Positions 31,786-46,300 of a DNA stretch of 64,000 bases are shown one piece after another. The position numbers and the translations under genes were made by a program. Location of the stretch: assembly GCF_009914755.1 (NCBI RefSeq), contig NC_060939.1; one strand, given 5' to 3'. This DNA is from the human T2T-CHM13v2.0 reference genome, Homo sapiens. The notes under the pieces were generated by a model that was not told where the DNA came from, ran no database searches, and saw only the letters and a list, made by a program, of their open reading frames with translations. The first letter of the stretch is position 1; every line of letters begins with the position of its first letter.

Positions 31786-34700
31786 AAAAATTTCACTGTA
31801 CACCACCAAATATTATTATTACAAGAAGTATGCTGTCTTTTTTTAAAGCCCATTAATGGGCAAAACCTCCATAGGGACTTTCATAAATGTATGCGAATTT
31901 TAATTTATCAGATTTATTTTTCCCAGAAGATCTTAAACTATTCAAGCATGAGCTCTACTATTTTGTCATTTTTCAAGAATATCTGGCCTGTATATGCACC
32001 GTATTTTCAGCATAGAACCTAATACTGATTTATAATTGATGCTTTAGTACTAGTATTCATAACACAATTATTAAAATATTGAATTTGAACTAAAATTGGT
32101 AACATGTCTAAAACATTTGGAAGCATGTTTGTATTAAGTGAGATTTTCATTTGCAGGCCATTTGCTCTGAAAATCACTGGAAACAGAGACATTTCTGACA
32201 GCAGAATCCTATAGTGGGTGAAGGGAATTTCCTTATATAATTATATTTGTAAGATATCAAATGGAAAATGAGTCCTTTTGCGTTTCATTTGTTATCCTGA
32301 AAGCCAACAGCATTGACTTCAAAATTCTATAGGCTTTGAAAACTTCCAAACCCTAAATGATCAGCATTCCTACCTGACATATAAACAATAATAACACTGA
32401 AGAATCAGATATATTGTATACTCAGTGAAAAATGAAAAATAAAAGCTGTAAGTAAAATCAATGATACTATGCCACATTGAAAGTAAAATCTTACAGGTGA
32501 ACTTAATGAGAAACAGCGACAAAAAACCCTCAAATCAACATTGCATTTTTATACTTAAAGCTCTGCATGTTTTTCTAAATAAGACTAATCCGTCAATGGT
32601 GAATTTTTTGAGGCATAAAATGAGTACAATGGCCATGCCTAGCCTAGCATTTTTAAATTATTCAAAGTATTGCCAATAATTAAAGACAATAATCATAAAC
32701 TAAAGTCATAGTTTCAAAGTTTAAGGAAATTAGGTTTTAAAAGTAATAAACTATTTACTGATAGGGAGAATAATTAATTCAATTACTTCTGTCTTACTTT
32801 ACTGACAAGGAGAGAGATGTCAATGAAGCCAAGTTTCTTTTACAAAATTACAGGCAGGTGGTTGCTTGGCCAGGAGGATAATCTAAATTTCTTGATTCAT
32901 ATCAAGGATTGTTTGCTTTTTCCTCTACTACAAAGTTTATTTCAAAGACATTTTGTTATCCCTTGTAATTCTACTTGGAACTGAGTCCATTTAGAAGAAA
33001 AGTGAATTATACTTATCATGGCTTTAAAATAAACACTGAGTGTCATACCACTGGCAGTTTATACAGTATGATTTGAAACTCAATGCCAATTTTAAAACAC
33101 AATTTATTAGACAATCAAAAATTACCAAGGATTTCAGTGGAGATATACAAATAGGGTTTTGTGTTAAATAAACGTAAGGCAATGTGAATAACAAAAGTCT
33201 CACTTACCATGATGGACAGATTTATTATTGGCAAGAATCAGATTATTGAAGGGAGCTTATAAGGGAAGCCTATAGCTATCTGAATTTCCTATAAAACTCC
33301 ACAGCAACTAAACAAAAGCTGATGGAAGAATTTAAGTTGAACTTGGATTAAATTTTTACATGTATCCTAATGTCAGCAACAGGATTATGGAAATAAATGT
33401 TTGTGGTGTTCAGTTTTCTTAGTAATTTAGAAATATGCCATTTTCTCCTTTGGATTAGTGAGGAAATAGAGTGCATTTTCTGGATATTGTTGTAATATAT
33501 CAACAACATTCAGCAAAAGCTCCAGCTTTAAAGACCACTATTACACACAAAGGCAGAAGGAAGCCTCTTGCATACTGAAGGTTCTAGCTGGTGATTATAC
33601 ACACTTCAATCCTCTTGACATGAATAACCACCCTCCATGAGAAGGCACTCCTACTGGAAGCTCACATGTGATGGTGTCAGAGGAAAGTTACGCCTAATGA
33701 GCAATTCAGAGCCACTCAGTTAACTCTTTTGTCAAAAAATGACATGCCCTAGTTTGATCCTCCCTTCATCCAACAAAACTTAGTACTAAATAGCATGATT
33801 TTAACAGGGATTAATGTTTTAATCTATATATATAGAATAATTAGCAAAACAACTTGAGTTTTGTTCTATTAAATATATTAAAGACTGAATATAACTTTCT
33901 TAATGTCTGAAATAAATCTGGAAACAACAACAAATCTAGACATCTGCTTAGTTTGTAACTTAAGTAAAAAGTTTAATTAGAAATTAAATAGTTGGACAAA
34001 TCAAAATAGGGTAAAAACATGGAAATAACTATAATTAATTTGGAAATATTTGATAGCAGAGGTGAATGGTGGTTACTCAAATAAATCTGCACTAGGAGGA
34101 GGCTTTACTTTGATGGATAAAATAGGAGCAAAAAATATGCCTAATATTGAATATCAGCAATTAAATTTCAAATATTTTTATAAAATGATTAGTATGGTGC
34201 TATCAATATAAACTGAAGCATGTATCTTTAAATAACTCCAGAAGAATGGATACATTTTAAAGCCTGAACATGGCATTATTTGACAAAACAGATAATGTAT
34301 AGAAATGGACTTATTTCATTTGTAGCAACTCAGCATAATTCTATCTAATAAGAGGTGTATAGAGGATAAATAAATGCAGAAATATCACAAAGCAAAGTAA
34401 CTTCCTAGAACAAAGCCAGTTTTTTGTATTCTTATTGAAAATAATAACGAAATGAAGATATATATATAATCATTTGTGTATATATTTTACATTATTAGTG
34501 ATTACTTAGGAAAGGTCTCACAAACGTTTTAGGATCTAAAAGTACTTTATATCCTAAGAGAGGCTATCATGTTATGGTCAATCAATATGCACTCAAATAA
34601 GATGAACACATTTGCCTGCAGTACCATGCAAATAATAATAATCATCTCCCCTTGGAACAAGACATGGTTTTTCATGTTTTCCTTTCATCATATCAGAGCC

Positions 34701-35254
34701 TGAAAAATGCTTGGACCCCTAACAGACACATTCAATAAATATTTGTTGAATGAATGAAAACAATATATACTCTATCATACATTCTCCTTAAATTTCAATA
34801 CAGTAAGAAGAGTTTAGAAGGGTTAACTTCCATTATTCTCAATTAAAGATACCATGTGGCCTGTATGGCAGAAATGTCTCTTCAGAATATTTAGCCTTTG
34901 ATTCCATAATGAACTCAAAAACAACTTTTATGTTAATGTCTGAAATCAGGAACTCTATTATTATAATTGTATTTCAGATTAGAGTTCAAAATCTACTTGA
35001 GGTGTGATTATCTGCTTAGTATCCAGAATCAGAGCAGAACCAAGATTCCTTGTCATGTCTCTGACTGGAGAGGAGGAATTTTCTAGTCCCCGTCAACTGA
35101 GAGTACAGCATTTATTCCTGGGCCTATGTAGGCAGCTTAGATTCAGCTTTTTGCTTGAAAACACATACAGTAAAACACAACAATAAAATCGTATTGCCTG
35201 GCCCTGCAACAGGAGCACTGACATCCAAGCACCTGGAGGATCTCAATACATGCA

Positions 35255-37235
35255 GAAATGCACTTGATAAAACTCAACATTTGTTAGTTATAGTTATAAA
35301 GATCTTAGCAAATCAGAAAGATAAGGAACACTTTCAAGCTGACAAAACCTACCATGAATATAATACTAAATTGTGAAAGACTGATGAATACACCTTAAGG
35401 TTGAGAACAAGGTAAGCATGTCTGTTCTCACCATTTCTATTCAACATTAGGCTGAGGTCTTAGTGAAAATAATAAGCGAAGAAAAAGAGATAGAGGCATG
35501 CAGACTGGGAAAAACAAAACTGTCTTTATTAACAAACGTTATAATTAGCTATTTAGAAAATCTCAGAAAGGCTACAAAAATACTAAACTGATTTAAACGT
35601 GAAATTTACAAGGTCATAGAATGCCAGGTTAACATATATATTATAAATGTCTATGTATATATATAATATATGTTTATATTTATATAATCATACCCTTGTA
35701 TATGAGCTAAAAATAGCTGAAAATTGAAATTAAAAAACATAATACCATTTGCAGTATATCAAAAACATGAAATTATTCAGAATAGATCTAGTAAAATATA
35801 TGCAAGGTTTGTGTGCTGGAAATTAAAAATCATTGATAAAAAATCAACATAAAAATAAAGCAATCGAGAGATACACTGTGTTTATGCAATAAAAGACTAA
35901 ATATTATTTAAATCTCAATTCTACCCAAAATTGATTTATAAATTCATTTCAATCCCTATCAAAATCCCATCAGGTATTTTTGTTGAATTGACAAGTTGAT
36001 TCTAAAACACTTGAAAATGCAAACCTTGAGAATAACTAAAACAATATTTTAAAAGAACAAATGTGGAGGATTCTTACGGTTTGATTTAAAGTCACACTAT
36101 AAAGCTATAGTAATATAAGGTTGCATTGAGGTAAAGTATACAAATTTACAAAATAATTTGGAACAGAATGTAGTGTCTAAACATAGTTCCACACATATAT
36201 AGCCAGCTAGTATTCTACAATGGTTGATTTTCAATGGTGAAAGAACAGACTTTTTACAAATGATGCTTGATTAACTTGGTGATCAAATGAAAAAAGATGA
36301 GTCTTGATCTTCACCTTTCTTGTTATAGAAAATATTAAGTTGAAATAGATCAGAGGCCTGAATGTAACATGTAAAACTCTAGAACTTCTAGAAGAAAATA
36401 TTTGAGAAAATCTTTATGAACATGGTTAGGAAAAGATTTCTTAGATAAGGTGAGAAAATGGGATAAATAATAAAAATAAAAATAGAAAAATTGGACTTTA
36501 TAAAAATTAAGAACGCCTGCTCTTAAAAAATCGCCATTAAGAAAATTAAAAGATAATCCACAGAATGGGAGAAAATATTTGCAAATCATAGATCAGATAA
36601 GGAATTTGTATCCAGAATATACAAAGAATTCTTACAACTCAATATTAAGAAGCCAAACAATTTGGTTAAAAAAATTAGGTAAAATATTTGAAAAGACACT
36701 TCACCAAAAAACAATGATAGCGATGACAAGTAAAAAGATGATCAACATTATTAATCATTAGGGGAATGCAAATTTAAACCATAAGAAAATATCACTATTT
36801 ATTGGAACATTTAAAATAAAGATAAGGTAACAAAACCATGTTGTGGTAAGGATGAACAACCAAACACTCATATGTTTTTGATGAGAATGTAAATTACTAT
36901 AGCCACTTTGGAAAACAGATTAGCACTTTCTGTTATAAATTCATACATGCACTTATTGTATGACTGAGCAATTCCATTTCCAGGTTTTTACCAAGGAAAA
37001 TGAAAATATGTCTGCACAGTATCTGTACATGAATATTTATAGCAATTTTATATGGGACAACCCCAAACTGAAAACAACTATAGTGTCCATTAATTGGTAA
37101 ATAAATAAACTCATTGGGGCATATCCATACAATGAAATGCTACTTAACCAAAAAAAAAAAAGAAAAAAAAAGGAATGAAGTACTAGCACATATAAAGACA
37201 AGACTTACTTGAAAATGCATTATGCTAGGTAAAAA
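35255..37235 (+). mobile_element. Old L1M ORF2/3' relic
   Basis: Degenerate ORF2 homology (ttctcaccatttctattcaacatt; caatccctatcaaaatccca; cagaatgggagaaaatatttgcaaatcat). Confidence 0.85.
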
Positions 37236-37549
37236 CATTAGTACTTTTCTCCTTGTAATGAACAGCAGTCTGTGAAGAGACACTTTGAGAACATGCAAGC
37301 AGCCTGCTTCTCATCCAGCTCTTCCCAACGATAAATATTCTCCTGATATTTCTTGCTTGAATTATTCTTTACCACCATGGTTGCAAATGGTATTCCCCAC
37401 CCCACCTCCCTCCACACCGCCACTCCATGACTCTTCCTTTCACATGTATCAGCTGGCACACTAATTTAAAGAAATGTTCTCTTTTCTCCTCTGCCTATTT
37501 ATCCATTTATGTATGCATGTATCTGTTTGTTTGCTTATGATAATAGATG

Positions 37550-37900
37550 AATAATTTTCTACTTTAATCATCCTGTTTTATTTAATCGTTACAATCTATT
37601 GCAGTCCTCAGTTATTTTGATACTCAAATTGTTCCTAGATTTGGTCAGCAGGAACCCCTTCAAGCTATTGCCTGTTTCTTTTTGACATGTCCCCATTGTT
37701 TTCTTGATCACTTCCTTTCTTTCTGGCACAAAAAGGTGTTCCAGTTTCATCATGTACCTTCTTTGTCCCAGCCCTGGAACCAGACATTTCTCCAAGAGGC
37801 TCTTGTTCCTTTCAGTAGGGACAGGTATTAAAAACCATCTGTGCACAAAATTTGCTTATGGCTCTTAAGGTATTAGTGCTTCTTTTGTGGGTAGAATTAG
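37550..37900 (-). mobile_element. L1MC4/5-like 3'UTR fragment
   Basis: ctcaaattgttcctagatttggtcagcaggaaccccttcaagct...ccagccctggaaccagacatttctccaag. Confidence 0.7.
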
Positions 37901-38047
37901 GAGAAAAATAATACATATATATGTGTATATATACATACACGTAAATATATATGTGTATTGTGCATACATATATCTCTGTCTCATACTGAGACTCTAGTCT
38001 GTTTGCTTAGCTACATTTGACTTAGTTGCCAATTTCAGCCAGAATTA

Positions 38048-38101
38048 GGAGAGGGAAGAGATGAGGGAGGAGGGAGAGTGAGAGACAGAGATAGAGAAAG
38101 A
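38048..38101. repeat. GA-rich low-complexity tract
   Basis: ggagagggaagagatgagggagagggagagtgagagacagagatagagaaag. Confidence 0.8.
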
Positions 38102-40455
38102 ATTCCTCAGGATCACTTATAAAGCAATTTCTAGAAGAAGTGAGTAGGAGTGGTTGCATTTTACTTCTGGATTCTGAGCATTAACTTTTCCCATTCGTGT
38201 CTATGAAGATGTTTTCTGTTCAAATGTTAACCTTCAACTGGGCTTCGATGTGGGGAGGGAAGAGTTTTCAATTCATCTGCACCCATTTGCTTTTCAGTTT
38301 CTCCTGCATTTTACTATATCCTAGAAAACCACTACCCAGGTACAGGTACCTGGTGTGTGCTCACTTAGCTTTAGAAATAAAAATTATAGGGTAGAATTGA
38401 AAAGATAATGTTTGAATAAATGGCTTAAGAATGCCCAGACCACCTAAGAGAAAAATGAACACTGTATAGATGATGTTGTCACGCCCACAGATCACTGTGA
38501 TAGACAAGACTCCATGAACAAACCTTGAATAGTGTGCACCGTTCTGTGGCCAATTCATTTGCCATTTCAAGTTATCCGCCACTTAAAGGATTTAAATCAG
38601 GAAGGATTTCACAGGATCTATGATACAGTCTTTTTTAAAACCACTTTAGATAGTCATTTTATTTTTTCATTTTATTTTTAGCAAGCACAGAACAGGTGGG
38701 AAACACAGCTTAGTTGGAATGGAACAAAGGCAGATTTGATACTTTTTTAGGAGCTTTTACAATATAATCTATTCTTTAATGGATAGCGTTATGAGAGAAA
38801 ATAAGATTATAATGGAATAAAAAGTGGTCTAATGTTCATTATTCAATTTAGTGGATATGTTACAAGATTATTTCTAAAATCTTTTGTAGATTAAACTAGA
38901 TGCCTTTCTTGATTCTGTGACTGGTATTACTCTATCATGATTTCTGAGACCTTTACTAAGAATGTTTTTCTGAACATACTAAAGCATATTATGTAAAAGA
39001 TAGTGAGCTGTGGTGCAAGATCCTATGCAGCATGGCCCCTGGTATTATGACTACCTCTCCACCGATTTATACATAGAATTTACGTGGTATACACAGGTTG
39101 GCAAATACTGTAATTATTATAAAATGATTTTTCAAAATCTGTATTTGTATCTAACAAAATACTAAAAAAGAACTGTGTCAAAATAAAATGTTAGAATTTC
39201 ATAAGTCTTTTGTTCCTAGAAATTGCTGAGATGTAAACCTTTTTTCATGAATGCTTTCTCTACTGACTCCTCCTCCCCCTAAGTTGACGAGTACTCTGCC
39301 CCTTGCTCTTTGTACTAAACACAGACAGGAGTGAGTGGTGGTGGTTATGATTAAAGCAGAAGATATTTTCACTGCAATGAGATGGAAAAGTATTAGCAGA
39401 GCCCTGGGTCGTGAGAATCCTTGATCTGGTTCCTATGACTGTCACAGGCTCCTGAAAAAGTTACATAGTGAGGACACAGTGAACAAGGAGACACTTTTTA
39501 TAATTAAGGCTTTGACACATGTGACCGCCTCACCCTGGCATACTTGGTGACATCACCTTTGAGTCTCAAGGTTACCTCTGTCCCTTGGACCAAAAGCTTA
39601 GATACTGTGTCCTATGCCTACACTTAATTTTGACTTTTGGGTGTTAACCACTCTAGGATGAAAAAAGGCAAGTAGAAATTACTTCAAGGAAAAGACTGCT
39701 GAAGGAAGTAGAGTTTTCTTATTAAAGCTGGGAGCAGCTGAATTATGTTCACTAAGAATATCCTCCCAAATCTTGTAAGGTCTTGGTTAGTTGAATAGGG
39801 GGAAGTTGGCAGAAGGCTCAGCATTAAATTGCACCAGGATAAATTTACTTGTTCTTTTCCACTGAACTCCACATTGATAGCCCAAAGTTTCTATCTTTGA
39901 CTTGTATCATCTTTCTTCTCTTGATTTCACACTATACATTAAAATGTACAACTTATTTTTATAGCTATTTCCTAAAAGTATTTCATCATTAATCAGTTTT
40001 CAACTCAGATGTTATATCGTCAATAACAATTTCCTGGTGGTCCTCTGCAACATTTTTTTAAATGACCAAAATAGTCATATGTCCCAACGGAGGTACAATT
40101 TACAGCATTGTGCGTTCTATTTCTGGACATATAACTATATAATCTGAGTTATGAAAATCAAAGAAACTAATTTAATATGTGAATTTCTATCACTGAACAT
40201 TTTAAATACTTGTATTCAAGATAATATCACAGATTATATATGCAAATTAATGTAAATTCGCAGTGGACAATATTATATTGTCAAAATCACACTGACACAG
40301 ACTCTCAGAAGTAGAAGCTTCCTATCAGAAGGTTAATATTTTCTGGATATAACACAGCAATAATAAAAAGCAAGCTCTGGATTAGATAGAAATCCAGGGA
40401 TTTAGATCCTGGGGATTGTGAATCTAAATTTATGTTAAATGTAAGTACATGCTAT

Positions 40456-40912
40456 TGTGAGACAGTTATTCATGTGTTCCTTGCAATTCTGCACATCTTA
40501 CAAGTAGGGACACTGACTGCCCTTTGAACTACCTCATCATGGATATGTGCACAGTAAGCCCTGGAAAGCGGAGTGTATTTCTCCAGAACAAAGACCAAGT
40601 TGGCTTGGAGCCTTAGAGATTGTGATAGTGTCTCCCTGCCGAGAAGAAGCAGGTGTGCCTCCTGTTATAAAAGCTGTGGGTTCCCTAAACTCAGGGTTTC
40701 TTTCCTGTAATCAAACTCATTGTGTCAGCATGTGCCATCTGACCATCTTCATACTGACTTGTGTAAAGTGGGCTTGGAGAACCAATGCAAAACGTGCTGG
40801 TATTCTGGCTACTGTTATTGTTGTGAGAGAACTGTATCATCTTCTGCCATCATTCCTAAATCTGTGGTTGGATAACTTGCAAGAAAGGTAAAAAAATCTC
40901 AGAATATTCACA
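40456..40912 (+). mobile_element. Old ERV solo LTR (MER76-like, family uncertain)
   Basis: TGTGAGACAG...TTCACA termini; cactgactgccctttg, gatagtgtctccct and aaaatctcaga motifs; no TSD retained. Confidence 0.65.
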
Positions 40913-41037
40913 TTTTATATGTGCATCATACTGAAAAATGTGTGAATGGACATGGCAGAAATAAACATTTGGAAAAGTTTCCATTAAAGGGTTTGCCTAG
41001 ATTCAAGGACCTTTTTCACTAGATTTAAATTTGAACA

Positions 41038-41326
41038 GGCTGGGCACGGTGGCTCACGCCTGTAATCCCAGCACTTTGGGAGGCCAAGGCAGGTGGATCG
41101 CCTGAGGTCAGGAGTTTGAGACCAGTGTGGCCAACATGGCGAAACCCCGTCTCTACTAAAAATACAAAAATTAGCTGGTCATGGTGGCGCGTGCCTGTAA
41201 TCCCAGCTATTAAGGGGACTGAGGCAGGAGGATCACTTGAACCTGGGGGGCAGAGGTTGCAATGAGCCAAGATCGCGCCACTGCACTCCACCTTGGGCAA
41301 CAGAGTGAGACTCCGTCTAAAAAAAA
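41038..41326 (+). mobile_element. AluSx-like, full length
   Basis: Complete dimer with a short A tail. Confidence 0.96.
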
Positions 41327-41332
41327 CAATTT

Positions 41333-41644
<312 letters not shown>

Positions 41645-41657
41645 TCATTTTTTTTAA

Positions 41658-42029
<372 letters not shown>

Positions 42030-42145
42030 TAGGCCATCATCTACTTTCAGGTTAGATAAGACTATAATTTATCATTAAATTTGGTAAGACTCTGATGAGG
42101 ATTTTTTAAAAGAGAGTAGTTGGCATATTAATATGGATTAGTAAG

Positions 42146-42316
42146 GGCCAGACATGGTGGCTCATTCCTGTAATCCCAGCTACTTGGAAGACTAAGGAAG
42201 GAGGATTGCTTGAGCCCAGGCGTTCGAGACTATAGTGGAGCCAGGATCGCACCACTGCACTCCAGCCTGAGTGACAGAGCGAGAACCTGTCTCAAAAAAA
42301 AATAAAAATAAAAAAT
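42146..42316 (+). mobile_element. Free Alu monomer (FRAM-like)
   Basis: Single arm with gaggattgcttgagcccagg and an A tail. Confidence 0.88.
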
Positions 42317-42387
42317 CAATCAATGGAATAGTACAAAATGTTAGAGAGCAGCATGGAGAGAGTAGGGTGCCTCGTCTCGTTAATCCA

Positions 42388-42860
42388 AGCACAGCAGTGG
42401 AGGCCCTAGTAGGGAACAGATAACACACTGAGTTTTCATTTAAAATGTTAATAGAGGAACGATTTATAAAGTTGTGGAGAAGATGTGGGAAAACAAAAAT
42501 GGAGCGTGCAGCATCTGGTGTGAGCAACAGAGCAACTGCAACCATCCCTGAACCTCAAGAGGGAAACAGAAATGGAGGTTTCGGAACCCAGACCTGTGGC
42601 GACACAGCTGAGGACAGGCCTCCAGGAGGAGCTGGGTCTTTCAGACAGGAACAGTGCCACTGCCAACCCAGAGCCTGGCGGGGACAGGGTCAGAACCACC
42701 AGTGCCTCAGCTCCTATTTCCTCCACACTTTCTTCTCCCGGTGGTGCTAGACAGAACCAGAGCCAGAGGACTGGACGCCGTGACAAACCATCCCAGGAGC
42801 AAACAGGAAGGGTTGGAGCCAGATAGAGAATGGCGGTGGAGGGGAAAAGAGAAGGTACTG
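42388..42860 (-). mobile_element. LTR33-like ERVL solo LTR
   Basis: gtagggaacagataacacactg...gagcaacag...accatccctgaacct...agccagagg, resembling antisense LTR33. Confidence 0.65.
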
Positions 42861-43039
42861 GAAGCATCAGCCGAGGGGAGCTTTCAGGAAGATACTCAGA
42901 GAGCTTGGTGTATGTTCTACTATTATTATTGTTGTTGTTGACATTGTTGTTGGGTAATATGTAGGGACTTGGACCTGAGTCATGCTTTAAAAGCCTAAAG
43001 GCCAGAGACTGGCTTGAGCTGGAGAGTGCAGAAATATTT

Positions 43040-43353
43040 TATTTATTTATTTATTTGTTTATTTATTTATTTAGAGACAGAGTCTTGCTCTGCCACCCAG
43101 GCTGGAGTGTAGTGGTGCCATCTCTGCTCACTGCAACCTCGGCATCCTGGGTTCAAGCAATTCCCGTGCCTCAGCCCCCATGTAGCTGGGATTACAGGCG
43201 CCTGCCACCACACCCAGCTAATTTTGGAATTTTATTAGAGACAGGGCTTCCATCATGTTGGCCAGGCTGGTCTTGAACTCCTAACCTCAGGTGACCCCCA
43301 ACCTTGGCCTCCCAAAGTGCTGGGATTACAGGTGTGAGCCACCATGCCTGGCC
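43040..43353 (-). mobile_element. AluSx-like
   Basis: Full dimer with (TTTA)n tail; TSD AGAAATATTT at 43030-43039 and 43355-43364. Confidence 0.96.
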
Positions 43354-46300
43354 AAGAAATATTTCCTTAGGAGTGAAATGCTTCAGTATCTCCAGAAGTC
43401 TGGGCAGAAGTTCAGTCACGTTTTCTGTGGGCTAGATGTTGGCCTCACAGAAGAAATATGGTTGAATTTATCTTTACTAAAAGGAATTTTACCCAAGGAG
43501 GTGATTGGAGATAACTGTAACAGAGGGACGACCTCTGGCAGCTAAGGCTTGAGGCCAATTCATAAACATCTTGCCAGATATGGGGGCTGAGGGTGGGAGT
43601 GGAGGCTTTGGTGGGTACCATCAGGGGTGGGTTTCCCAGGACCTCACATGGCCAATGGCAGAGTTGGTTTTGGACAGTTGCCTCAGCCAGAGGATCACAT
43701 TGTCTGATGACAACTCTGCTTACATAAAACATTATCTTTTCTCATTCTTACAACTTCATTCCCTGGGCCCAAGCAGTAGCCAGTGAGTGTGACATAAGAA
43801 GAGGCAAGAGAAAGAGATGTTGACCGCACCCCAGCTTCCCACTATAGGTTTCCCAGACTCTATAAAGATAAAATGGTGAAATGATAATTTTACATTGACT
43901 GTGTTTTGATTTACAAGACTGGATTGGAATATTTAGTCTTTCAGAATGACACTATAAATTCATGCCTGAGCACAACAAAGACAGCTATACTATCTACCTG
44001 AGATTTCATCTAGAATTGGTATAGAATAAGTCCACAGACCTCTTTTAAAGATAGTGATATGGGAAGAGAAAGCCATCTTGTAACTTCCTCTCTAACAAGT
44101 CCCATTCCTTCAATAAAGTGTAACATTTACACGAATATATTGTAAATTTGCATTCTGCCTTCCCTGACTTCCCACTCTGCCTACAATCATGCTTAAGTTT
44201 CGCACATTCTAAAAATCTTCCCAGCTGTTGACACTGGTAATGCATTTAGCCATCAGTTTCAGCTTCTTTTCTTTGTCAAATACTTGAAATAGTAGCTTTC
44301 GGTAGTATTTCTAGTTTTATCTTTTGAAACTATTTTGATTTAATTGTTTTAATATTTTAATCTTTAAGTCACTTTTAGAATTACTTCTATATGAGCATCA
44401 CCAGTGACTTTATATTGCAAAATGTAAAACAAAAAACAAAAAACCTGGTGGAACTCCTGAAGATCTCCTTCCTGGAGAACCTTGATGTGTGTTATCTAAG
44501 ATGGTTTTTTTAGGCCAGCTGCATTACTTAGTTGATAATCGTGGAACTCCCCTTACCAAATGATGAACAACCTGGATTGATCCTCTAAATATTTTGTTTT
44601 TTGCCTCTTTAATTTTCTTTATTCTTATCTTTGTATTAGATATTTTTTCTGAAAGTTTTTTCTTAAGTTTCTAGTTCTGTAATCCTTTTCTTTCTTCCAC
44701 TTATTTCTTCAGTTATTCTCTTAGTTGTGTAAAATTTTAATAAAATTATACATGCATTTTAAAAATAAAATCAACTGGTATGAAAGATTAACAATAAAAA
44801 GTGATCATTGTTCATCCTCAAACCATTATGCTCCCAGGGCTAATAATACTAACTCTGATAGCTATTTTTCTGGTATTTATTGCCATCTGTCTAAATAAAA
44901 TTGATTGTTGTGATATCTTGACTTATTTATTTTAGCATTATATACTGTCCTCTGATTGTGGATTAGTGATAAGGTTAAACAATATTCAAGTGATTCAATA
45001 AATCAATTTTAGCATAATCTTGACTAGCAAATATTATTTGTTTCAGTTAGTATATTATTTCCTTTTCACTTTGGTACAACTTTTGCTTTTCCTAGAAATA
45101 AAAAAAATTCTACTTTTTGTTTCTCATTGTTTTAAACATAGTTTTCTAATTACCAACCAACCCTTGTCATACTTCAAATGATTGATCTATCAGCTATTTG
45201 TCTAGGATCTTCCCTACATCTCATCTGGATGTCACACAATCATTTTTATCATTAATAGCAATCATTTTATCCTTTGTTTTAGAATTTTGTATATATGGTT
45301 AATTTATACTATCAAACTGAAATTATTTAAGAGAAGAATCTTATCATCATCATCTTTGACCTCTTCAGTGTTTAGAAAATGCATGTTACTTGAATTTAAA
45401 TGAATTTGATTAAGTATATGCTATATTTGCAAAGAATGTGTTAACCTAAAAAAAATTGGTGAATTATTTCATAAAATTGCTTATACAACAAATGTTATTT
45501 TAAAATTTGCGGTTCTATTTTAAATAATAAATACATTTTAGTGTATGCAATATGAAGCCATTCATAATAAAAATGCAGTTATCGAGGCTATGAAGAAATA
45601 AAATATGACATAAAAATTAAATATTCCACTTCAAAAATAAATAAAACACATTAGTAGTGATTATTAATTTGTTAGAAGTAATCTTGACTCCTAGTTCTCA
45701 GAAAATTATCTCTGTGCATAAACAATAATGTGTTTATTGATATGCTAAAACATTGCTTGACAGGAAGCCCCTTAAGTATTTTATTATTTTAAATACAAAG
45801 TGAGTGATTTAGTTTTGAGAAAATTAATGATCATTATTCTGCAGTTACTTTTGCATTTGTTATTATAAAGTGACAGTTGTGACTTAGAAAACTACTTTTT
45901 AATGTAGATGTGACTAAATTTATTTTTGGTTACTAAATATGTGAGTCAATATAGAAAGTTAAATTTAATAAAGTATTCATTTGTTTTACTTCAATATCTT
46001 AATACCATTACTAGATAGTGAGACTTGTATTATTGTGATAAAAGGTTGTTAATATTTTGTAGGGACATACACATTGCCTAACATCACCCATCTTTATTTC
46101 ACATGATCCTCTATGGTTATGTCGTGTTAGTGGTCAATCTAATCATTAGAGCCTGAATACTAAACTTCATTCAGTCACAGTGTTTTGTTTTTACTCTTTT
46201 TAAACATTTTCTTACAACATAATTTGGAGTTATTCAACTTGTCAGCGACATCTTTATTAATATGTAAGTTTAAATCAGCAAACATTTCTTGCGAAAATCT

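Noticed and set aside
42192-42941. Cluster of five overlapping ORFs in a GC-richer patch
   Set aside because: Explained by LTR33 and Alu sequence; higher GC content lowers stop-codon frequency
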